DNA of 43,033 nt from NCBI GenBank assembly GCA_002633005.1, contig NMRA01000782.1, forward strand, positions 1 through 43,033, given 5' to 3'. The stretch is from Phoronis australis. Lineage: Eukaryota > Animalia > Phoronida. Below are positions 26,703 to 35,443 of this stretch, one piece after another. Each line of letters begins with the position of its first letter. Within the stretch, counting starts at the first letter, position 1. The translations under genes were made by a program, and so were the position numbers. Under the pieces are notes generated by a model that ran no database searches, was not told the origin of the DNA, and saw only the letters and a list, made by a program, of their open reading frames with translations.

Positions 26703-27265
26703 GTAAGTACAATGACTTCATGGTCCTTGTGTAGACGGCAAACATGTGATGCAAATAGCTGGTTAATTCAAATATTTTGATAACCATTACGGGGCTTCAT
26801 TTCCAACAGTTTTAGAGATTGTACACGCTCTCAAACTCATATTTTTATAATTGGCTGCCATGTACTCATAAAACGAAATTGTCTCTAACGTAGCTCTAGG
26901 ATAAAATTCTCTACATACTAACTAACCATAACTTAACTGATAATGAGATTAGCCTACTTTCTAAGCGACTTAACTTTTGTCCTACCAAAACCTGAATTAC
27001 TCATTGTTATTTCTACTTTTGCGAGACGTCTTAGGTGTGCAGAACATTTTGACAGTCCCACCAAAGATGAAAATGAGAAATCCACCTTAGAAATTACCCC
27101 TTTCACGAAAAAAAGCAATTGGAATCCACCCAAAAGTCAAAACCATGCCCTCTTACGTTACACAGAACAAATTACTAATGATGTCATGAATTACAAAAAG
27201 CATAACTACAAAAATATAATATTACTAAATTCGAAAATGATGCCCTCACAATTCTCGTTAAAAAC

Positions 27266-27524
27266 TAGATAAACATTCGTCATTTCTTGTCAACCTTTAT
27301 TGAAAGAATGATGGAGACCTAGAAGTACAAGTAAAGAGAATGCTTACTGTATAGCTCAAGGGTAATGACAATGTACTATAAACGGGATATAAAGTGAATA
27401 CACATGGAAAAGGTGATAATCCCTACCTCTATGTAATATCAACGTGTAGTCACTAAGACAATGGTGGGAAGCTAGCTACAGAGACACCTAGTGGTTATAG
27501 TATGAACTATTATATAATTCTCTA
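27266..27524 (-). repeat. 3' LTR
   Basis: Direct repeat of 30015-30273; TAGA...TCTA ends; adjoins the PPT (CCTCCCCCT on +). Confidence 0.95.
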
Positions 27525-27569
27525 CCTCCCCCTAAGTTATGGAGGGACGCAATAACTAAGAGTAATGTA

Positions 27570-29571
27570 TTATGAAGTAACAAAATCGACCAGCCAGGCC
27601 GGTTTGCGACGTTCCCGAGTAGACCGTCGAGGGGCCGGGGGTTCTGCAGTAGGGCAGGGCTCGGAAGAGCTCAGGATAGGCGGAGGATCTGTAGTGGTCA
27701 CGTTAGGTTCTGGGTCGTGTGAATGATCGTCCGGAAGCTGTGCGTCGACGCTCCCGCGCGACAGTGAGTTATCAGGTGTGAGGGGTGGACCAGCGTTGCG
27801 AGTGACCAGCATGTCAGGGAGTGCAGGCCTGGCTTGGACGAGTGGCCGGGCAGGAATGTACTTCCGCAGAAACCGTCTGTTGCGGAGAGTGACACGTCCA
27901 GAGCCATGAACTCGCACGACGTATTGGTCGAACTGTCTCACCTCTATCACTAGGCCCGTCTTGTCCCAGTGGAGTGGCTCCGGTCCGGTTTGATTTTGGA
28001 TGCGGACGAAATCACCGACAATGAGGGGACGAAGACGTTTGGTGTGCTCAGAGAGCTTCTCCGAGACCTTCATATGTCGGTGGCGCAAAGCGGCCTCGCA
28101 CAGATCCAGGGTGTCAGTCCAGGTGTCGTGGTGCTTGTAGCGACCGGGCAATATCGGAATAAAATCTTTTATAGGACGACCGAAGACACATAGAGCTGGT
28201 GACAATTTCGTGTCTTTATCTGGGGTGTTACGGTACTGTAACATCGCCCGCTGAAAGGCATCCGTGTCGAGTTCGCCGTTTGGTCCAGTGTTGTCCGTAA
28301 TGAGTCGCTTGATTGTTTTCACGCCAATCTCGGCTCGACAGTTGCTGTGGGGGAAAGCGACGGAGGAAACACGATGGTGGACACCCCAGGACGAGAGTAG
28401 GTTCGTGGTAGCAGAGGACGTGAACTCTGGGCCGCCATCACTGGATAACTCGTCGGGTATGCCGAAAGTGACGAAACAACGGCGTAAACTGTCCACGAGA
28501 CCTTTGGACCCCGAGTGAGCGCGCTCAACAATAGGCCAGTTTGAGTAACGATCGACGATAACGAGGTAATGGACACCTTTATATGTGAAGAAGTCAGCAC
28601 ATACACACTGAAACGGGTAGACGGGTAAAGTGGGTGGTGTGGGAGGGGCATGTGGCTGGGATGGTGACATGCGATTGCAATGGTGACAACCCCGACGTCT
28701 CTCAGCAATGTCGTTAGTTATCCCTGGCCAGAAGACGGAAGCGTCAGCCCGAGCAGTCATAGAGGATATACCTTGGTGGGCAGAGTGGAGCGAATCCATG
28801 ATAGATGGCCGTAAGGCAGGAGGAATGATGACGCGATCTTTATAGGTGATGACGCCATCTATGGTGGACAGGTAGTCGCGAAACTGGTGGTAAGGCCGTA
28901 ACGCCTCGGGTAAGGCTTCTCGTTGGTCGGGCATGCCAGATTCGATGATGCCTAAGAGGGTATGTAGGTCCTCGTCACTGCTGGTAGCCTCACGGACACG
29001 GTCCCATGTTACACATTTAAGGGAGGTAAGGGCGCAAGTAGCTGTAATGTGGACACCGCGGTCAATATCAGTATCGATGGAAGCGACGTCGTCAGGGAGG
29101 GGAAGCTGCCCCGTTCTGCCGGTGGGGTGTCTGGAGAGACAATCTGCCGCCTTGTGACGCACGCCGGGGACGTGAACTATGGTGAAGCGGTATCGTAAGG
29201 TCTTCTCTTTGAGGTTGCGTAGGCGGGTGTTTGGGATATCCTCTAAAGCTCTGTCGGATAAGACTTTGACAAGTGGTTTGTGGTCGACGGCGACCGTTAG
29301 GTCGGTGCATCCCAACACAAAGAATCGAGCCTTGTCCAAGGAGTCAGCAACAGCCAGGGCCTCGCCTTCGATTGGGGCATATCGGGTTTCGGCAGAATGG
29401 GTGAACCTGCTGCCGACGAGTGTCACCTTCCAACCGGATGGACAACAGAATGGCCTCGTCTTGGAGCAATGGCAGTGTTTCTGCAGTAACCAGAAGCCGA
29501 TTCCTGTCTTGGACCAATCGGTTGCCAGGCAAGTTGGTTTAGTCTTGTCAAAGATGCGCACACCTTCCTCG
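27570..29571 (-). CDS. pol: Gypsy pol (RNase H and integrase), 5' part in the assembly gap
   Basis: [21 protein letters not shown] and VDHKPL (RNase H); H-x3-H...CHHC zinc finger; CADFF, SDGGP and RAE with D-35-E spacing; uninterrupted 663-aa frame. Confidence 0.95.
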
Positions 29572-29720
29572 NNNNNNNNNNNNNNNNNNNNNNNNNNNNN
29601 NNNNNNNNNNNNNNNNNNNNNNNNNNNNNNNNNNNNNNNNNNNNNNNNNNNNNNNNNNNNNNNNNNNNNNNNNNNNNNNNNNNNNNNNNNNNNNNNNNNN
29701 NNNNNNNNNNNNNNNNNNNN

Positions 29721-29962
29721 TTGGTCGCCGTGACGTAATCGGACCAGCGGGAAAGGAAATATTGCCAGTTCTCACTCGTCCCAGCCGAGGCGATGTGAGG
29801 CCGTTTGACCTTTTCAGCAGGCACAGCATGAGGGTGGGGGCTACCAGGGACTGGTGACGTGTGACTTGTGGCGTGAGTTGTCAGTAGAGCGGCCACAATA
29901 GCGGGGTCGACGTCAGGCGTCATGTAGGGGCATCCCTCAATAGGGCACTGAATGATCGGCAT
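29721..29962 (-). CDS. gag: Gypsy gag N-terminus
   Basis: ATG about 40 nt after the PBS; MPIIQCPIEGCPY...LLTTHATSH...AEKVKRP...WQYFLSRWSDY; runs into the N gap. Confidence 0.85.
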
Positions 29963-30001
29963 TGCGACGCTTGAGAAGTCGGTAGAAGTAGGTCACTGAA
30001 T

Positions 30002-30014
30002 TAGGTCTCCATCA
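30002..30014 (-). promoter_or_regulatory. Primer-binding site complementary to the element's own LTR
   Basis: Element-sense TGATGGAGACCTA directly follows the 5' LTR and is the exact reverse complement of element-sense TAGGTCTCCATCA at 30058-30070 inside the LTR. Confidence 0.8.
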
Positions 30015-30273
30015 TAGATAAACATTCGTCATTTCTTGTCAACCTTTATTGAAAGAATGATGGAGACCTAGAAGTACAAGTAAAGAGAATGCTTACTGTA
30101 TAGCTCAAGGGTAATGACAATGTACTATAAACGGGATATAAAGTGAATACACATGGAAAAGGTGATAATCCCTACCTCTATGTAATATCAACGTGTAGTC
30201 ACTAAGACAATGGTGGGAAGCTAGCTACAGAGACACCTAGTGGTTATAGTATGAACTATTATATAATTCTCTA
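30015..30273 (-). repeat. 5' LTR
   Basis: Identical to 27266-27524; AATAAA on the - strand at about 30045-30050. Confidence 0.95.
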
Positions 30274-30570
30274 AAAACAAAGAAATCGTAATCAAACCAG
30301 CTGATACAGGATCAGCTGTTGTTAGAATGGACAAGCACTGACGAGGCTCTCCGGTAATTAAGGACACTACATACTACAAACTTTTAGATAATAACCCCAA
30401 CACAAAGCATATCAATATTATAACTAAAACTATTTTGAATGCTTTCCACTGTGGTCATATTGACAAAGACACCAAAAACTATGACCTCATTCCTAATAAT
30501 GCTCAACCTAGTCGGTTTTATCGCCTTCCTAAAATCCACAGAGAAGGTAATCCTTGACGCCCGATTATAG

Positions 30571-31127
30571 GCAGCACATGCTCGTGTTTTCTTTGCTTGT
30601 GATGTATGCAGGGAGCAGAGGGTACAGCTTCTCCAGACATTCGAAAAATACCCCGATATTTACAAAAAAAATATTCTGAAATTCCGCAATTGTACAACAA
30701 TTTTTTTTTTCTATATGAATGTCAAGAACTCAACCCAAATGAAAATAAGTACATATTCAAAATAGTTCAAAAATTTCTTTATAATATTAAATCTCTTTGT
30801 GTAAGTAGATATACACAAAACGTACCGAGCGCGGCGTACCTTCGGTCTCAGTCGATACGCGGAATAATGTCTCGTGTGATATTATTTCATGTTCGCCACG
30901 CTCGGTATGTTTTGTGTATGTATACACGTGTATGAAAATGATTTATTTTTACATTCGTAATCATATGTCATTGTAACCTTATCATCAGTTATTTTTAATT
31001 TGTGTGTATGTGTGAAATGATTTAATATAGATTTCTTTGTATATTTTAACCCAGATATAATGCCTCTTGGCGCTTTCTGGGTTATGCATGTTCATTGTAT
31101 TGAAGATTTCGTAATAAACATTAAAAA
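30571..31127 (+). mobile_element. 5'-truncated LINE 3' end (CR1/L2-group-like) inserted in the Penelope remnant
   Basis: RVFFAC...QR..L...FLYECQELNPNENKYIFKIVQKFL ORF2 C-terminal pattern, AT-rich 3' UTR ending AATAAACATTAAAAA, and ATAG repeated on both sides. It interrupts Penelope RPII|ASNNCPTEK. Confidence 0.7.
30811..30919. mobile_element. Palindromic MITE, family C copy 1 (internally deleted)
   Basis: ATACACAAAACGTACCGAGCGCGGCG / CGCCACGCTCGGTATGTTTTGTGTAT inverted termini. Confidence 0.85.
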
Positions 31128-32065
31128 ATAGCCAGCAACAACTGCCCTACTGAAAAATTCACAATTTGACGAGTACCATCTTCAGCAATATGTCTCCACT
31201 CTTCCTTTGTATGTTAAAGATACTAATCGTTTTCTCAATATAATTAAAACCGTCAACGATTTACCTAAAATGTCTTCCTAGTTATTCTTGATGTCAAAAG
31301 CTTATACACTACTATTCCTCAATATAAAGGCATAGAAAACTGGACCAAATTTCTTAGTCAACGTAATAATCCTAATGTACCTACATCTTTTATTCGCTCT
31401 CTTCTTGAACATGTACTTACCATGAATCTTTTCACCTTCAATAATAAACATTATCTCCAAATATTAGACACAGTTACATGTATGGGCACTAGAGTTGCCC
31501 CTAACCTTTTTATTCACCTTTGTATTTACCTCCCGCACTACTTCAAGAGTGACCTCTGACATGGAAAGTTTAAAAGGTAGGTCATTGGCGACTCGACGTC
31601 GTTAGCCGGCTCGATCACCAAACTGTCGGAAAATAGTTTAAGGTAATACAGTTATATCAGTGTAAATAACGCTCAACATACAATCAGGTCTCAATCGTAA
31701 CATCTGCAACAGGACTGTTAATTATATGACAGTCCTGTCTCAGTTTTCACTTGCTAAATATTTTATCGTCTGCAACTCAAGCGCCGATTCCTCGGTAACT
31801 ACAATATCAAATTGTTGTTATTTTTCTCTTTTCAGGAGATATTACAACTTCAATGAAAAGTTACCCTTGTTTTCATCTTTGTCATCTCTTTTCAAGTAAT
31901 AAATCGTCATATTTAAAACTGTTTCTTTTACTAGAGAAAACGTGCAGCCTAACGCGCAAGTACATACTTATAGGATGTGGTGCGCCACGTGAACAGTCTG
32001 AGTGAAGTATTATAAAAATCTGCTGAAAAAATGAAAGAAACTTAGGAATTCGAAGCGTATGGGAT

Positions 32066-32200
32066 AAATACAAAACGTACCTCGATTGGCGTACGTGAAG
32101 TAATATCCCACTAGACATTATTCCGTGTTTCGGTCGATACGCGTCATAATGTCTCGTAGGATATCACTTCATGTTCGCCACTCTCGGTACGTTTTGTGTA
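32066..32200. mobile_element. Palindromic MITE, family C copy 2
   Basis: ACAAAACGTACC...GGTACGTTTTGT; shares GTCGATACGCG..ATAATGTCTCGT..GATAT.A.TTCATGTTCGCCAC with 30811-30919. Confidence 0.85.
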
Positions 32201-32246
32201 AATATCCGAAAAATTCCGTTGATCCATTATTGTTGTTTTATTTACC

Positions 32247-32327
32247 TATATATATATATATATACATATACATATACACATATATATGTATACATATACA
32301 TATACACACACATATATATATATATAT

Positions 32328-32415
<88 letters not shown>

Positions 32416-32418
32416 CAC
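32247..32418. repeat. Compound (TA)n/(CA)n microsatellite
   Basis: Directly visible dinucleotide runs. Confidence 0.98.
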
Positions 32419-32830
32419 ATTTCGTCAAACTATAGTATCCTTAACAGGATCTGGATTGCCCCTTTTAATTTCAGATTTATTTTCTACGTTATTCTACAAA
32501 TGATGTATGCTTATTGCATTTTGCTTTGTATATTTGCTCAAAATAAGTCCGTCTCGGGAAGAATAAACCGTGACCTTTTTGTCTAACGGTGTAGTGAAGT
32601 AAACTTTCACTTGTTGTGTCTCTCTTATCTGGGAAGCATAAATTCTTACAGCATGTGGGCGAGACGAGCTAAGTGCTTAGCCGATTGCTTTCGGTAATCA
32701 CTAATTGCATTAACTGTCAACAGCAAATTTTTTTTCTCCCTGACACAATCTAACCATGTGTATTACATTTACTCTATTCACTACGAACGTAAGTTACAGG
32801 TCAGCCAGTATTTCGCTCGCTGTGTTTTAG

Positions 32831-32953
32831 TTAACCTTGACGAAATTGTGACCAAAGCAAAAGAAATACAACAAGGAATTGCGAAGTTGCATGAGAATCG
32901 AGGGAAGTTGAAGGACCTATTGCCTAAACAAGGGAAAATTGACTCATACACGG
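32831..32953 (+). CDS. Coding exon 7 (coiled-coil-like)
   Basis: GTTTTAG| acceptor, G|GTAAGT donor, 123 nt, phase 1-1, NLDEIVTKAKEIQQGIAKLHENRGKLKDLLPKQGKIDSYT. Confidence 0.85.
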
Positions 32954-33710
32954 GTAAGTTCAACTTTCAACCTCGCCATCGCCCCCACTCCAAAATGCAA
33001 TTTGGCGGTATCTCAATATTTGCCAATGGTTTTACATATTCTCACAATTGCAATTTACCTAGGTTTCTCGGAAGAAATCTCACAAGGCTATTTTGAAAAC
33101 TAAACTGCACTCCTTCTCGGAGTAATTTTGTGCCCATCCACGTATATCCTCTCAAGATAATTTGTGAGTACAATGTAAACATTTTTTTAAAATTGATATA
33201 CGATGTCGTTTACTCGTCTCACTGGTTCACGAAGGTTGCTGGTGATAGAGAATTCATTGCTTGCAGGACATTATATAAACAGCAACGCTAGGTATGCTGC
33301 CTTCAAACCTTTGTTTGCTATTTTGTATCAAGACTACACTGAAGATCCATCGCGGACCTCTCTTGCATTCTCCTTATTAGGGTTTATTTTTTATGAACAC
33401 AAGTCTTTTTTCGCACGCTGTAATTCTTTTCTCGTGTACCACCATTCTGTTCTTTCTGTACCATTTGATGTTGTAATGCTGAAAACCAGGGCAAACATCC
33501 CTGGATTTGCACTAATTAAAGCATTCGTGTTGTCCCATATTCCACACATACATGTATGCTGTTATTTGTCTCGTTGAGGTCCTCTTTGTTATTTGCGTTG
33601 TTACTGCTTGTAACATGTTTGCGTACGTAGTTGCAGCCATAGCCGTAGTCGTGGTGGTGGTGGTGGTAGTGTCACTGTCTGTGCTCATACTTGTACTGTT
33701 GTTTTTTTAG

Positions 33711-33815
33711 CTGATCAACTTAAGCAAGTTTCGGAGACAACGGAGAAATTGGAGAGTGATTACAAGAAACTTACAGAAATTATACAAAAGGAAGAAATAA
33801 AACAGAGACCCGGAA
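33711..33815 (+). CDS. Coding exon 8 (coiled-coil-like)
   Basis: GTTTTTTTAG| acceptor, A|GTATGT donor, 105 nt, phase 1-1, ADQLKQVSETTEKLESDYKKLTEIIQKEEIKQRPG. Confidence 0.85.
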
Positions 33816-34527
33816 GTATGTAGATGCTATATTTGCTCCATCTATTTGTCTCAATTACTGCCATCAGTTATCAACCTTTGGGAATGGGCATTATATAACT
33901 CCCACTGCAGCACCTACAATTCAACATTTTCAAAATCTTTTAAAATCCTTCATAAAAAGCATACACCACCGAAACTTGAAAAACAAGCATACAGGTAAAT
34001 GTAGTTTGAATCATGTTTTTGTAGATGCATTTATCTCTCTTGTTTTCAAAGTTTAAGACTGTTTTTTCAATCAGTGAAGCGTGAACAATTTTTGCCTACT
34101 CTTTGAACTAGGAAATCCTGTCACGAATGGTTGGTTTAAGATTAGGCTGCATTCCAAATCGACCGACAATTGTCCGTATTTTCAACAGAAAAAAATATAA
34201 GATCGTACTCAAAAGGCCTGACCAACACTATAGGTCCTTTTTACCAGCTGCGCTACGTGTTAGCTAAAGCTTTACTTCCGACAAATACATGTAAGTCGTG
34301 TGCCAACGAACCAGATGGTGGCGCCTCTTCTTGAAAGTCCATGTGCAAATATCGGAATTGCGAGTCTGATGTCTATGGTCTGTGGCTTAATATAAATCGT
34401 GGGTTTAGTTTTACTAAATTTCTTGATATGTGTTTAGAGTAATTGCAAATGAGACCCTTGTGGAGAGACCGTGTTTTGTTTCCACTATGTCGACGATTTT
34501 TTGGATTAATAGTTTTTATGTTTGCAG

Positions 34528-34632
34528 GAAAATCTTCAGTTGATTACAGTGCCGAGAGTAACTCTAGGAAAGAAAATATTCAGTTAATAGCACGAGTGAA
34601 TCTTATTGTAAAGAACGACTTTGTGGAAGCAG
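34528..34632 (+). CDS. Coding exon 9
   Basis: TTTATGTTTGCAG| acceptor, G|GTTAGT donor, 105 nt, phase 1-1, KSSVDYSAESNSRKENIQLIARVNLIVKNDFVEA. Confidence 0.8.
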
Positions 34633-35443
34633 GTTAGTATACAATTCTTTTAGAAATAGAAATTTTTCCTTTTCAGACTGAAAAGGTACTTGCTGTGTGA
34701 CCCGTTTTGACAGCCACACACGCCTTCTCAGCACATCTTTTTTGACATATCTTTTTATCCAAAACAGTTAACTTTGTAGATGGTGCTTTCAGTCACCACT
34801 TCATTACCTGTATTTATGACGATCGGTAGCCCAGTGATACTATAATAATGAAGTACAGTGGTTGCTTCTGTCTATCGTAATAAAAGTTCACACCGTGAAA
34901 TTCAAAATATCGCGTAAGAAGTGAAAAACATCCTTTGAGGGGTCACTTTTACAAGGATTATGAGAATATCAGACAAATGTGACTCAAGTCCTTATTTTTT
35001 CATATCATTGGATAATCGTAAATTGCTCTTTCGGGAATCCTTCATGGCTGATATTAAGGATATCTAGCTGTTTTCTTGATTTGATACTAAACCATGTTTT
35101 GTTAATTTCACTCAAAACTGTTTTTGTCTCTTACATCCCTGGAAAGGTGAAAGCATTGTTCAGGTTAAAATTGTACTCAGTGTATAACTGTTACATGTGT
35201 ATGGATTCATTGATTTGAGATTCACGGCTTTCCCCCTCAGTCGTCTATTAATTTGTCTTGTCTAAACCTTCAGTTATGGTTGCCGATAGAGCAGACTTTG
35301 AACTTCTCAAATCAATCCTTAAACTCAGTTTTAGCAAAACTGACTCCGGTGTTGAGGTTATGATAAGACGGTATTCCAGAACCGGGTCAACGTCAATAAA
35401 AGCAAGTGCTATCAACAGCAAAGAAATCAAGTTTGAATTTCAG

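Larger units (their letters stand above)
27266..30273 (-). mobile_element. Young Gypsy LTR retrotransposon (internal part hidden by an N gap)
   Basis: Two identical 259-bp LTRs, 5-bp TSD AAAAC (27261-27265 and 30274-30278), polypurine tract AGGGGGAGG (- strand) next to the 3' LTR, gag start and intact RNase H-integrase order. Confidence 0.97.
26910..31505 (+). mobile_element. Penelope-like element RT remnant in three pieces (26910-27265, 30279-30570, 31127-31505)
   Basis: NHNLTDNEISLLSKRLNFCPT, FARRLR, NWNPP, IVIKPADTGSAVV, FYRLPKIH..NP*RPII, CPTEK, YVKDTNRFL, LDVKSLYTTIP, FTFNNKHYLQ and MGTRVAPN motifs, with stops and frameshifts. Confidence 0.9.

Noticed and set aside
27969-29733. Antisense and alternative-frame ORFs over pol
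   Set aside because: Shadow ORFs of a GC-rich coding sequence.
31836-31895. Possible extra exon after a strong TTTTCTCTTTTCAG acceptor
   Set aside because: Only weak donors follow and the peptide has no support; left out of the model.
32125-32586. ORFs with HT/YI/CV repeats
   Set aside because: They are translations of a dinucleotide microsatellite and a MITE.
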